Source: Phoronis australis (lineage: Eukaryota; Animalia; Phoronida). Taken from it: 64,000 nt of DNA. The notes under the pieces are model-generated. The model saw only the letters and a program-made list of their open reading frames with translations. It was not told where the DNA came from and did not search any database. The position numbers were made by a program, and so were the translations under genes. Position 1 is the first letter of the stretch. Every line of letters begins with the position of its first letter. The stretch is from NCBI GenBank assembly GCA_002633005.1, contig NMRA01000420.1:270318-334317 (forward strand). Direction: 5' to 3'. Below, one piece after another: positions 30,390-44,600 of this stretch.

Positions 30390-32700
30390 AATGTAACGGG
30401 AATCGGTGGAGCACCCGATTAGAACCGATCTATGTAGTATCTAAAGGTCGACAGTTCATAGCCAATAGAAATTATTGCCCTTTTGACGGTACTTTCTTAC
30501 TCGTCGTTCGTATAGCAGACGGAGAAAACCATCGGCCATGCGGTTGACGGACAGAACTGAGTTATAGAGAGTGAAACAAGATCGAGAGAAGTAAACATAT
30601 ATAATGAGTCTATTACGCCCTAAAGATAAACTACAAAACTACAAACTTGCACCAAGGATCACTAAAGAGAACAAAAATCGTTAGTTCAGTTGATGGTTGT
30701 GATTCTTTGAGAGTATAGAATCGTGAGACCCGGCAAAATCCAAGTCTGGGCGTGCATGACAAGTTTTGGGGCAATGGGTTTTCAAGTTAAAAGTAAAAAA
30801 AAACACTCAAAATGCAAAGTGAAAATTCCGTTACCGGAAGTACCAAATACGAGGATTCACAGACAACAGACACCCCTTTAAAATATAATTGACCGGCACT
30901 CTGGCGTCTCAGTGGAACCCAGTAGACGGAAGGTAAGACTTTGAATGCCCATAAACCACGACCAGGTGCGTAAAATACAGTTTTCTCCTTGTCCAAGTTC
31001 CGCCATCGGAATTTGTCAGAAGCCACTGCACTAGCCAAGTCAAGCGAACCCAACTGATCATAGGCTAACACAAATCATTCTCGGGAGTGGAATTACATTT
31101 TTGGTTGTGACAGAATTCAACGCACTAATATCAATACACCACTGTCCAGCTAAGTTACCCGAACTCATGTATATCTACCTTTTTGTGAACCAAATCATAT
31201 TAGAAGCCCATAGCGCGGGGCTCAATGAAACACTGATGCGGATCATTTTCTCAATCTAATCCACAATTTCACGTTGTGCGAGAGGATGTTTGTTTTAATG
31301 GGATGATTGTCCCCGGTATGGAGTTTATTATGTCGGACTCTGTCAGTGAGACCCAACTTTCCATTGATCGGTTCCACAAAAACGTCAATTCAATAAATCC
31401 AATGCTCTAACCTTGGCAGCCTGTTCAGGTTGAGTAGCAGCTATTGCGTTCACGATCAATGGATGCCGATCAGTGAGGATCGAGACACCACCGTCCTTCG
31501 CCACTACACTGTGCCCGCGGAAGAGAATCTGAATTTACTACAAAGTGTACAAAAGGTCGTAATTACGAGCGTAATTATGCGCGACACTTTCACTCGAACG
31601 GCCAACGATATGAAACATTTGCGGTTGTTTCTGAACGGAATTTCCAGCTTGACGTAATTCGTCAAGTGCCCGGCAGAATCACAATGAAAAATACTGGACA
31701 CGAAAACGGGAACCGGAATGATAGATGGACTCGAACCTGTACGTTCAAATGGATTACAAGACAAAATACGGAAACTCAACTTACCTACGAAATACTCGAA
31801 AAAATGAAAGATACAATCCTAAAATATTTCACCAGCAGCCTAGGTGTTAATTAAGAGGTAATGAAAATGTGATCGATAGAACGGCTTTCACGATCACGGG
31901 GTGCCCGTCGGTTCACTCGATCATGGCCGGCTTCTTGGCCAAGACAAAAAATATTTCTGTTCCGTTCCTCATACTAGGACGCGAACATAAGAGTAGAGAA
32001 AGGAAAGTTCTGACAGAATGTTGTTTACGTAGAAGATATCACCATAGCGGGTTCATCCGCTGTCCCGACCCGCACCGGCCACGGGAATCAACACCGATCT
32101 ATTTAGTATCGCCTAGCTCAGTGTTCGTGGCCGATAAAAATTATTTCAACGTCGTGTACTTTCTTACTTGTTCATATCGCATACGAAAGGGTCATGGTGA
32201 CAACTCATAGAGAGTGAAAGAAGAAAAAAGGTATGAGCTTTTATGCGCTGACGGAATACAAACTACAAACTTACAATATAAAGTTCCGTCGTCATCTCCG
32301 CCCAAATTTTCGCCCAAAAAATACTTGAGCTTGAAAAATACCGAAAAACTGAAAACAATCCCGAATGTATATCTAAGACTCTCCAATAAATAAGATTCAG
32401 CTAGTTTGTTTGGGATTCCTCTGGCTGCGAATAGGATCGAGACCCGGCAGAATCCACGACTAATAGTGTCGTGTGGGCGGCTCATCAGTTTTATAGGCGA
32501 ATTCGCGGCTGTGAATGCACATGTACCAAAATACGCTGAAATACGGGTCTCAAGTAAAATGTTAAAACCAATCAAAATCCAAAGTGAAAATTCCGGCCGT
32601 AGTGAGGGAACACCAATAGACCGTGCACCCCTCTCCCGCTCTGAGCTTCCACTGGGAAACGCCGGGACTCACGAAAGACTCGCAGTTGAATCAACATCAG
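30390..32700 (+). mobile_element. Two tandem, highly decayed BEL/Pao LTR-retrotransposon pol remnants
   Basis: A diverged direct repeat (about 30390-30940 versus 32080-32680). Frame-disrupted peptides resemble Pao motifs in the expected order: GFLA (FDPLGFLAP-like), VFVADKNYFNVVYF (FxDASxxAYxAVVY-like), AANRIETRQ (VANRIxEI-like), GAAAAT(T)CCGGCC (ENPAD-like), PAKLP...IILEAHSAGLNETL (integrase H-x-G-x-x-x-TL) and PRYGVYY (PWxGGFYE-like). Judged by eye only. Confidence 0.5.
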
Positions 32701-33129
32701 ACCTCTCGTCACACCTAACTCGTGGCATTCGCGGATGTTACACGCCAAAAGTGAAAAGAGTCACAGCGTGGTCAAATACTGCTCAAAAATGACAAGCCGC
32801 GCCTTCTAGTTGGCCTTCCTTTTATATAAACCACGGAATAACGACATGAGCGACTACTTTAACCCTAAACACTACAAAGAAGGACCTACTTATGTCCCGA
32901 TTTTTACTGTAATGTGTATCGACCAATAAATGATCGCTCGTAAATCAAAATCAGCTATTTAACATCGTTAGCAAAGGTTTGTTGGTATTCTATGTTCATA
33001 TGTTGACACCTGGTCAACTGGTGGGGTTGTTGTTTACCACCGCCCCGATCTCATGACGACATTTGTCCCCGATATCCCCTATTCGCCTTCAAAGGTCAAG
33101 GTTTAACTTTTCTTCATGTCACATGACCG

Positions 33130-33280
33130 ACCGCGAACGAGAGTTTTCCATGTTCATCGGCCCATTATACGATCATCAACGTATCAGTTTTGCATAGTTC
33201 TCCAAGTATCACATCACATGTGAAACATACGGAAATCAAGCTCTTCAGCCCTTCTTTCTGTTGCTATGCCCATTAATAGG
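33130..33280 (+). other. Candidate non-coding first exon (5' UTR) of STARD3
   Basis: A CpG-containing stretch ending in the strong donor AGG|GTGAGT at 33280. The ATG exon has its own acceptor at 38682, so an upstream UTR exon is implied. The start coordinate is approximate. Confidence 0.4.
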
Positions 33281-33476
33281 GTGAGTTTAATTCTGCCATT
33301 GATATTTACACTGCAGTTGCGAAGTTCATGACCCGGTAGCCAAAGTTTGGTTATAATTCAGTAATTCATCACTGAAGTTAGATACTGATCACCATTTTAC
33401 TGAGCCAGCTAGAGACGGTGGTCACTGCCTATTATCACCTCAGCCTGAAGTTCATGATAATTTAGATGGTTAAGTC

Positions 33477-33868
33477 ATGTTCATTTATGACTGCATGGTT
33501 ATTGGACTTGTATAACTAAGCGGCCTCAACTTCCTTATGACGGCTAGACCTGTTTCTCCATTTTTGTCATAATTTTAGTCCTTGTTGTAGCATGTAGATG
33601 AATTGTATGTCAGTCTCTAACAGGCACTTATTAGCTGAATGGCCAGCACGCTCGCCAGTTTTATTGGGGTCAATGTTCATTTATGACTGCATGGTTATTG
33701 GACTTGTATAACTAAGCGGCCTCAACTTCCTTATGACGGCTAGACCTGTTTCTCCATTTTTGTCATAATTTTAGTCCTTGTTGTAGTATGTAGATGAATT
33801 GTATGTCAGTCTCTAACAGGCACTTATTAGCTGAATGGCCAGCACGCTCGCCAGTTTTATTGGGGTCA
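33477..33868. repeat. Near-perfect tandem duplication, 196 bp x2
   Basis: ATGTTCATTTATGACTGC...TTATTGGGGTCA starts at 33477 and again at 33673. Confidence 0.92.
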
Positions 33869-33900
33869 CTGGTTCGATTCCCGGGTCGGGTAAGTTCGGC
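33820..33900 (+). mobile_element. tRNA-derived SINE head (Pol III A and B boxes)
   Basis: A box TAGCTGAATGG (about 33828) and B box GGTTCGATTCC (33871) at tRNA-like spacing. No proper cloverleaf or acceptor stem is visible. Confidence 0.6.
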
Positions 33901-36900
33901 TATCGCAGCAAATTGGCATAGTCGTCAAACACTGCAGATGTGATGCCGAGGAAGCACAACCAATGATGACCCCCTGACCCCAGGCAGCTAGTGCAAGTCT
34001 AGTGACAATGTGTATTGTTTCCTTTGAAGTAAGTAGTCTGGCTATGATGTTTTTATGTGTACGATTCTATTTCTCTTGCAGCTTTGATGACCTCATCTGA
34101 TCATCTTTAAGAGTACAAATACACATACAGTTACTGAGGTTACGGATAAATACTGGTTAGATAAATAATTGTGAATCACGTATACTCTGCATCCTTGTCC
34201 TTGACGCTATGTTACTGTATGATGGCTGGTGAATATTCACATTGTTATATCACAAAGTAGTTCTAACCAGGAAGCTCCCGTGACCCGTCAGGTAGATATC
34301 TTTATGTTGGGCACTAGGAAAACAATTTTCAGTACTTGTGAAGTCGAGGTCGTGTTTGCAATTTTGCAACAAATGGGAATTACTTCTAGTGACTGTAAAA
34401 AGAATTCAGAATGTTTAATAACACAAGTGCTTTATGAGGAAAAGTCAATCAAAACCAAAAATGAAAGTCATCATTTGAAATTTAAAAAATGGATTGTTTT
34501 ACTACTTTTGTTTGCAGCACTTGTTAAGTCAATAATGTGTCTGAGTCATGGATGATATCGGCTCTTTGGTTCTAAATGTGACTGTTCACCTGCACCGTAA
34601 TATATGCAATATAGTGTGAAGTAAGGCTATCCCAGCTAATGGAGAGTGCGCTTAAGAAAAAGTGTTGATAAAGTAGTTCTTCAGTTACATCACACAAAAC
34701 TAATTGACTTGTCAAAGTTTGTAAATTGAAGCTGATTAGGAATTCTCTCACACTGCTATCTTTAAATAATACAGCGTTAGTTTAAACTGGGTGTAGACTC
34801 ATTACCTGTAAACTAATTCTTGAAATAGATTGTGCCATTCAATATATACTGAGTGTTGGTCCCTCATTTTGACATCTGATAAATTGAGAGCAAAAAACAG
34901 TTTATCAACATAGGGCACGTTCATGTGACCAGGGATACACGTGATTGCTTCTAATTAATGTATTTTGCATTTTGAAAAATTAAGACTGGATTTATAAGAG
35001 AAAATTATTTAATTTGCAACACAAAAGTTATTTTTCGTCTGAATACCGTATACATTTTCTTTACGTGTCTGTGTTTGTTGAGAAATACGACAGTAAATTT
35101 CCAGTCTTGCACCAAAATGTGTGTCATTTAAATGAAGAACTACCATGCTTCCATATCGGGTGGATGTGCATCTCTGAAACCAAGACAGCATAGTGGTCGT
35201 GGTCTGGGGCCTGACTCAGTTTGACACCTGCTGCTCTCTACTTAGAGAAAAAGCTCGAGCCGACATCAAGTTCAAGCAAGGTCTTGATATTTTTTTCAAA
35301 AGCAACACAAGCAAGGTTTTAAACTGTTCAATCACGTCACAACGGGCTGTGAGAGTGAATGACTCATTGCGCACATACCCCGGTAATACATTGCTCACCT
35401 GGCTCAGAACAAGTAAGGGCAACCATGCCACTGCACCAATGAAGCTGGTTTAGGATGAGAAAACATGATATATGCACCACGTATGCTTGTGTCAATGCTG
35501 GCGATTTTTTTTTAAATGACCAACTAAATTGCAATACCTTACCCCTGTAATAAATTTAAAAAGCACCAGACCAGTACCATTACGCTTTTTGGCCATACTG
35601 ATCTTGCATATATTTCCATTCCACACTCTTACTGATCATCACTGGTAACCAGTGTTGTGGTATTCTCTTCTCTCCAGGTTCCAGCCAATACAGTTGCTTG
35701 CTTTCACTTCCCCAGCTAGATAACCAGGTCACATGACCTGTATCCCCTTTCCATGCTACTTTAGACAACCCATTTACTTTTAATTATCACTATTGGGTAT
35801 GGCTATAGTTTTTTACACACACCCACGTTTTACTAAAAACAACACTTGGTATCAGCTTGTTCCATGTGCTGATGAGAAGCTATTTGCGTGCTTGCTAAAG
35901 ACCATGCTGCAGCGTAAAACAGTCTAGTGCCTAGTGTTCAGAAATAAGACAGTAGTGTCTAGTGTTCAGCAATAACCAACTACCAGACAGTTGTTTCCAA
36001 TCCCAGAATGACATCTACATTAATTTTGACTTCAGAACAGATTCAAGCCAATTTCATAATGGCAAGTGATCTAAGTCGGAAGTTGAATTTTGTGACGTAG
36101 GGAGAGTTTATAGCAATTAAGTAGCCTTCTCCATAAAAACACTGGATTTCAAAAGTAATTTTTTCTGTGGAAGGTTCCAGTAAAATTCTCCAGTTTGGGA
36201 CAGTCTCTGAAATTTGGAACATCGAAATTCAAGTCAAAATTGAATTTTCCTTGAAGATTAGGACATAGCTTTGGCGTTTATCATATTTCTCAAATATTCA
36301 CTACTTGCATACTTTGGTGGCTCTGCAAAAATACCAAAACTGTTGTGCATTGTATTATAAAGGACACCTCGTCTTGGCATCAATTTTAATAACACGAATG
36401 TGAAAGCGTGCATGTTCCAAACATGCAGAACCAATGAGAGCAATATAACCCTGACTTCAGCTCTATTGAAGTTTGCCTATTCTATTAATATTACTTGCTC
36501 ACCTGAGATCACTTTGTAACAAATGGTGCTTTGGTATGTTGTGAAATCCCCATACTCGGTCTAAGCTTACTTTTGGATGGTCCAGGGGTCTAAACTCCAA
36601 ACTCGGACTTGACTCAGATTCAGACTACAAAGTATCATGCCGCATGATTCATGTACCAAGTTGTAAGTTTAGTCCAAATATTACACAATCCGTCGATTTT
36701 CTAGTGGAGTTTTGAGTCCAGAGCAAAGATACTATCCTATAAAATCTTTGTCCAGGGGTTGCTTCCCAGGCTGAAGTCATCAACATGAAATTGTAATAAT
36801 AAGGTTAGTGGCTAGGAACAGTAAGATCGCTGTATAAAAACCAGAACAAGGGAGATTACTCCCAAAACAAGATTGGTTTTAAAGGAATGATGCACGTGGC

Positions 36901-38694
36901 TTAATTCGTCACACTGCAAGATGGTGATTGAAGAATTCAATGTTTTTTTAGCCGGTTCAACAAGTTGTAATGCAGCTTCAAATGCGTAAAGTAACAAAAA
37001 AGCAAATCCTGCGGGACTTTTCTATTATTTGCCCACAGATTGTTATGTGGAGGTAATAATTTGCGTTTTATTGACTTTTACAAAACTTTTATTCCAGCTA
37101 TATCGGCAGTTGGTTCAACGTTGATCCTAACTACTGGAGCGCCCTGTGGGACCTCTTTCTTGAAGAGACTATTGGCTTTTGTCTTTTGATTTTAGCAAAA
37201 AGTCAGAAATCTGACTACGGATAGTCAAAAATTCATTTTTTGTCTTAGGGTTTTTTGAAATATCTTCTTTCTAGTCTAGCTATCTTTTGACTTTGAGTTG
37301 TGAACAAATTTTCTGGTTTTCAGCCTTAACCTGATTTTTAGCCAATAGACTTTTCAAGAAACAGGCCTGTGTTGGCTGCATTGCTTAAGAGCCTGTTTTA
37401 TTCTTCAAATTGTATTGCTATTTTGATTTCGAATTTTTGTTTAAGTCAAAGTCAATATACTCTTCCAGACACTGACCCCTGGTGGCCATCATTTACTGCT
37501 TATTTGCTGAATTTTCGACTTGGTTAATATGATTTTTAATACACTTGTAGTAACACAGTTTGTTTCAGCTCTCAATGAGACAGCATGATAATGCGGCCAT
37601 TTCAGTGCTAAGATGCTTTGGCTGCCATTGGTAGCTTGTAGTGTCTCCCTGCCGTCATTTTTCACTTGTCTTTTATATTTTATGATTTTTTTTGACCAGC
37701 GACGCCAGTCCTTTTTGAAAATATTCAGAAAATTCAATTTGTTGTCCTCTTATCTACGTCCGCTTTCAAGATGGCGTTGCATTGGTAAGGTAAAAAATAC
37801 TAGACTAATACTTGATTATTGGATAACTTATTTCAGTAAATGCCTTATTGCAATCCAATATAAAATGAATGCAAGGTATTGTGAATGAAAACTTATGCGG
37901 AACCCAATCATTGTCCTGTCTCCTTTTGAATTCATAATAAATAAATGCACAAACTTCCTTTTGCACTGTGTTTATAGATACATGTTTACACTTGACATAA
38001 CATAAGACCTTTCAGGAAGGTAAACGACTCTTAGGTCACTGTAACGGTTATGGTCCTCAGGCGCAATTATTATCAGCGGTAGTAATATAGTAACTAATAC
38101 AGATTATACAATCTATTTGATAGAAAAAATACTCTTGTCTTGATATTAAATAGAATGCCACTATTCACAGTAAGCCGATAAATGTTGTAATATTTTCAAA
38201 CTTTTGATTAGATTAACACGGCATTATCTATGTTTGGCTGGACTTCCTTCTGTTTCCAGTTAACAACCAGGATGGTCCTAGGAGATGTGTATTGACGTGT
38301 TCATTTTTACATTTTACTGACTCGACAAACCTGCTGGAACTTATTAACCATCTTAAAATGACCTGGTGCACTATCACATGAAGACTCATGATTTTAACAT
38401 CATATTCATTTCTCATCTTCAACAAGTTTAACCAAGATAACTCAAGTACATTCAATCAGGACAATTTATTAACTAATTGCTTAACCGGTGTTCCTTAAGT
38501 TCAGAAATGTTCATTTTATGGAACACCCATTCAAAACGGGACTCTCTATAGGACTGCTTCACAGAACATCGTCTCATAAGTTCAATCACTGTATTTCAGA
38601 GGCCATGGAGAGGCTTGCTATTAGTGCTGTCTGTCTTATAATGTGTGCTAAGTTCCATTTTGTCATTTCTCTGTCTCTCTAGCAATTAGAAGAC

Positions 38695-41600
38695 ATGGCA
38701 GGTAAATCACCTGGCCGGGATGAAGAAGCTGCCCTGGCTGGATCTATTCTATATAACAGCTTCAACAACTCCCAAAATCACAAGTAAGTGATGAGCCCCT
38801 GTGCCTCTACCTTATTCCGTAATGCGTGTTTCTTATGACAAGGTCACACCAGTGACAAGTACTTAGTGTTCCCCAAGCAACTTTTCTACATTTCAAGACA
38901 AAATAATCGGACAAAAAACAGTTTCCTTCTGGTAATGACGGACAACTTTGTTAACAGTAAAAATGACTGTAATAACAATCAAGGTGGCAAAATTCTAATT
39001 ACATAATGCCTTCGAGACCTTACCTTATCTTTTTCCTTCATTCTCGATTGTGCGGGAAGACTGCTCTGACTGTGAATTTGAGTTCTGCCTAGCCGTCATG
39101 ACGGCCAGGGGAATTCCAGTTCATTTTGTCTGAATATTTTTCAATTGTACTGTAGTTGCAAATTTATGGCCACTGAAGGGGGTTAGCTGGCGACACTGGA
39201 ATGTTGATATCTGGAGAAAACTAGTACGTAAACCATGAACTAAGTGTGCAACTAACGATTAGCGTTAGGAAACATGACGGATGCTTGATGGCATAGATTG
39301 AATTCTGCGCTCTCGCGAACTTGGTATAACGGGTATGTAGCTCAACAGGGTCATGCACTATGGTTCATTTTTTGTGAATAATTACAAAATCCAAATTTCT
39401 AGACAATAACTGAAGATTTTTTTTGGTAAAGGAGAGTAACTTTGGTCGTTGGATAGATAAACTAGAAATATCCAAAGACTTGCCCGATGGTTCAAGTCTT
39501 TCACTCTGTAATTTGTTTCCTGTTGGGGATGTAAAGACTGAATAATAATGGTGTAACTTTGTGACATGACTGAGTGGTTTGGAAGTTTTTGAAGGTCTTT
39601 GTTCATGACGATATTTCCAAGCTGCGATTGTCTGCTGGGATCTTGCATGCAAACAGTGGCACCGACCGGTGCAGTATTGTTGGGATTAACTGAATTATAA
39701 CATGATTTACACGAAAAATGAATCATTTTCCCCACAGAGTTTGGCAAGTTAATCGTTGAAAAATTACAAAAATTGCTGTTTTATGTATTTATATGTGGAC
39801 GTATTATATCGTCATCTTTTTCCGTCCGGTGTCAATCTGGCATCCGTCCGGCGTCCGTCCAGTGTCCATCCGTCCGGTTTCCTGGCGTCCGCTGCTCTAT
39901 CTCCAAAATCCTTTGACGCATGTTCATGAAATTTTGTACTAGCAGTTCCTTTTGTGGATGGGACGGCCTTAGCGAACTTTCGGACAGATACGACTACCGG
40001 TGTGCCCCCTAGTCGCAATTTTATTTTTTATGCTTACCTCTGTATCTTCAAAGGTCCTCAACGTGTTTTCATAAAATTTGGAGTATAGGCATCTATTAGT
40101 GAGGTGACGCTATCCTCCCATTTTCGGATGGATTTGACATAGTTTGCGCCACCTAGTAGGCCATTTTTACTATTTTCGAGCCTGTTTTTTGGTGTCCACC
40201 CCTCTATCAACCAAACTGCTCTAAGGATGATTGTGAAAATTGGCATATATGTTCTTACTATGAAAAGGACGATTATGATGATTTTCCGATGACTTCGACT
40301 ACTGTGGCACCTCTTAGTGGCAGTTTTTTTGTGCCCATGGCTGTATCTCTTAAACTGTTTGCAGGGTCTTTATTGAATTTAGCAAATGTATTTATATGAT
40401 GTTGACAACAAACGACGATCGGACCACCGGTGTGCCCCCTGGTGGCAATTAAGTTTTTTACATTTACCTCTGCATCTTCAATCTAAGGTCCTTAACGGAT
40501 TTTTGGAATATAGGCATCTATTAGTGAGCTAATACTATCCTGTTTTCGGATGGAATTAAGGTATTTTGCTTCACCTAGTGGCCATTTTTGCTGTTTTGAT
40601 TCGACCCTTTATCAACCAAACCATTCTAAGGATGATTTTGAAAATTGGCATAAATGTTATCAGTGTGGAGAGGACGGTTGACGATGACTTTGACTACTGT
40701 GGTGCCTCTTAGTGGTAGTTTTGTTTTGCGCCCATAATTGAATCTCCTCAACCCTTTGCAGGAACTTTTAGTAAGTGTATGAAGCTAACAATAAACGACG
40801 ACAACTTTTAAGCGAATCTAACGAACACTGTGCTCCCTAGTTTTCCCTTTTTGTTTTTCTGAAGTTCGTTGACAGATTTTTATGAAATTTGGTATGTAGC
40901 TTTCTATTAAAGAAGTGATGGCATCTTCCTGCTTTTGGATGAATGAGACGGTTTGCGTCATCTAGTGGCCTTTTTTATGATACAAAAATATATAACCCTA
41001 GAAGCACCCCATTTGCGGTGCATTCGTGGGCGCATTTCAACACTCCGCGTTGCTCTTGTATGTTTTATGGGTTTAATCTTGGTTCACGTTGAATAATTTA
41101 AATATTGGAAAGCAATCACAGATCTGCTCTAATGCTCAACTTGTTGAGTTCCTTGAAGGATGTTCTGGTTTGTAACTATTGTATCAAATCACCCAAAGCT
41201 CAAAGCTAGCAATGTCTATGTCTGCTGAGGTGCTACAGAACATAAATGGCAAATTTGAAACGCGTAGCTGCTGCATTAATTCCGGAATTTTGGACATAGT
41301 TAATTTTGCTATCTTTCTGATGATTGCTGAATTTGGGGGTGGCCAGTGGTGCCTATTTTTTAGATTTAGTATAAGTTCCAGCCTTTAGCAAAGTAATTGA
41401 TAATTTTCACTGTCCTTAACTAGACAATTTTTACCGTGTTTTCCAAATGCAAAGTTGTTTCGGAGCTGCCTGACTCATACTTAAAGTTGATGATTTATTG
41501 GTTCCGCTCTGTTGCGCAAGATATTTAGGTGAGTTTCTATAAGGTTTGTGATTTATAATTTTTACAAAAATAAGTAACTACGGACAGAGTATGAAACAGA

Positions 41601-44600
41601 AGCATTTATTCAAATGATAATTTTCAGCTCGACGTTGTTTCTTCGTCTCAGTCATTATCTCGCACTCTGTTTGCAGCAGTAGTGTCATGATGCCACCTGT
41701 TGAGGTAATTGAAGATCCTCACGTCACCAAGTGTTGCCGAATGTCAGCCGTGCGGAGAACCTTCTGTCTTGTCGTCTTGTTTGACCTTGTTTTGACCTTC
41801 ATACTCTGGCTGCTGTACACAGAGGTAAATCTGGATGACATTGGTTGAAGGCTAGTGTGTGGAAAAAAGTGAGCTTGTGAGATGGTGTGCTCAGCTAAAT
41901 GTGATACACAGCGATGTCCTTGGAGACATTTAATTGAATAAATTTGTAAGCGACTAGCTTTAAGTGCTAAAACCACCATTTAGCTTGTTTTGACAAATGA
42001 CTACATTGTCAGCATCATTAAACATTCCTTTAGTGCACTGCTTGTCACAATCGCGAATTCAATATCCCAAAAACAGGAAGTAGAAGGAAAGCAACTTCAA
42101 CTGAAAGTGCCTGAGTATAACATATGAACGTATTGAGCACCAGTGTGTCATGTCGTCCAACGTTTGAGTTTTTTGTTCAAACCTGTGCCATATCCGTGCC
42201 TCTGCGGTGTCCCTCGGGAAGGTGAAGCCACAGCATGGTTACAAGTTGTCACAACCAGCACAAACGCAATATCTCACCATTCCTTGTTATACCATAAACC
42301 ACGGGAAAACAAGGAACAGCAACATCTGGTGGCTTTTCACACTAAACACTCTGTAGGATGACCGGGGCTGTGTTTGGTTGTCCCGATTTTACGTAGTATG
42401 TTTCGACCAATAAATGCTCATAACTCGATATCAGCGAATTAATATATCGTCAGACAGTGTTTGCGAGTGTTCTAATGTAACAGCAGATATACTGCTGAGG
42501 TTGTTCTTTCCGGTGTTTTTTGATGTGAAATTGATGAATTTAAACAATGAAATTAAGTTATTTAATGCATGCACCCCCGGACTTCTGTTTAACCTTGAAC
42601 TTGGACGGATTCTAAGAACGTTGAATGTGATCACAATGACACACATAGTCACGTGCAAGTTATGGCAAAATCGTGAAAGAATTAAAAGAATTCTGGTGAT
42701 GGATCAGAATTAGCAAAAAGACTTTTAGCTCCAGACAATTGCCAGTTTTTGACAAAGACAAAACAGTCTTTAGACCAACTACATGGTTACAATTATGTTC
42801 CTTTTTGAATCATTCAGTTCATTGTATACAGTAGTAATTGATCAGGTGAGTAGTAAAAACTCGTTAGTTTGTGATATTTAGCATATTCTTGGCATGCAAG
42901 TAAATAAAGTGTTATTCCATGAATACGAAATTTAAAATCAGCGCATTATATGTAAACAATGACATATCAAACAACGTTTCAGTTTATTGTCACTAAACCA
43001 TTCTCAAGACAAATGTTCACAATATTTCAGTCAGGTAACTCAGGTGGAGAACAGTCTACACAGTTACACCTCAAAATGTGTTGTGAAGACAGAGACCAGA
43101 AATCAAAAGAATTGGAGCTCAAATAAACCAATGTTTCTGTTCAGATAGTGTTCTGTGTGATTCAACCCTATATGCATGGTCTCCTTTATGAGGAGCCTGA
43201 GGGTGGCGTTATCCTTGTCCAAGATCTGAACCGTAGTGTGACCAGTTGTCAAACATCCGCAGATGTCTTAGAGTGGTTGCGTAAAAAGCTGTCAGTGCAA
43301 GATTTTACTTGACGCAAACCTTGCTTTTTGTACCTTGTAGTCCATTTCTTTTGTAAGTCCACTTACTTCTTTATAACTCTTTCAGTCTGTGAGCGGTTTT
43401 AACACTCCGGTAATTGTGTCCAGCTTTACCCCTCTGCTAATGTTTGTCCTTTGACACCCTGCGAGTAGTGACCTCTCTTGGCCATCAGGCAATACTTTTT
43501 ATGTCATATGCGCCCAAGTTCTCTGCTTTGACTCCTCCTCATGCACTTGCCATAAAGTCATTTCTCATGCCCTCTGTAAAACTGAATTACACATAACTGC
43601 AATGTTTGGCTGATGTGCAACAATTACCGTTTCATAGCTCATCAGATCTACAGCCTTGCGTGATACATTGATTAAAGGCATCAAGTTTCCTATTTTCCCT
43701 CTGTTTTACATCAAATTGTTGGAAACTCATTGTTTTCTGCTTCTTTTGTCTGACATTCCTACTTTGTTTAATTCCTATTTGTCAAGTCCAAATAAGGGAC
43801 AAACAAATGATGTTTCTCAAAATTGACAGTTAACTTCAAACTAATCGAATATTGTTGGGTCGAGTGAACTTATTTCTATGAGCTTCAAATACAGTACATC
43901 TGGGGGATCTAGCATTTTGTCTAATTTTGCAGAAAACATGAAATTATTGACTGTAACCGACAATTTGTTAAAGTGAACTGTTAGTAGAATAAAGATTTAA
44001 AGCTAAACTTTGTTTTTTGTGTGTTTTGTGCAGTGAAAAAATGTTAAGCCACTCCCATTTTGTGGGGAGTTTTCACTTATTTTTCCTATTTTTTACAAAA
44101 ATATCATACTTGATGCCCTAATAATGTCATCAATGTTTTTTGTGAAGAACTTATTAAATAAATATTATGTCATGTTTACAGTGAATAAATAACTACTCCA
44201 CACCTGCTGATTAAAAATATTATACTTGATGCCCTAATAATGTCATCAATGTTTTTTGTGAAGAACTTAATAAATAAATATTATGTCATGTTTACTGTGA
44301 ATAAATAACTACTCCACACCTGCTAAATTTAAAAAAAACTGCCGCATACTGGAAATTACTTGAAATTTAGGCATTGAACTTCGTCTTGGTTAGAATTTGC
44401 TTGCTTGATAAGCCTTTTGTGAACACGGTATAACTCATCTTGAAAGCATAATGGAGCTTCAGAAAAGCAATTTTAAACTGTCCTGGCAGTTTTACCCTGA
44501 TGTGACTTGATATATTGTGTAAAAATGTGTCTAGACTTTGGTATTAAATGAGGTGAATGTTTAAATTTCCTACTTTTTATCTGGACAGTTGGCACTACGG

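Noticed and set aside
30390-32680. Diverged direct repeats read as the paired LTRs of one element
   Set aside because: No TG...CA ends, PBS/PPT or TSD were found, and the repeated segment itself resembles pol coding sequence.
33820-33900. Possible tRNA gene
   Set aside because: A and B boxes are present, but there is no convincing acceptor or anticodon stem, so it is treated as a SINE head.
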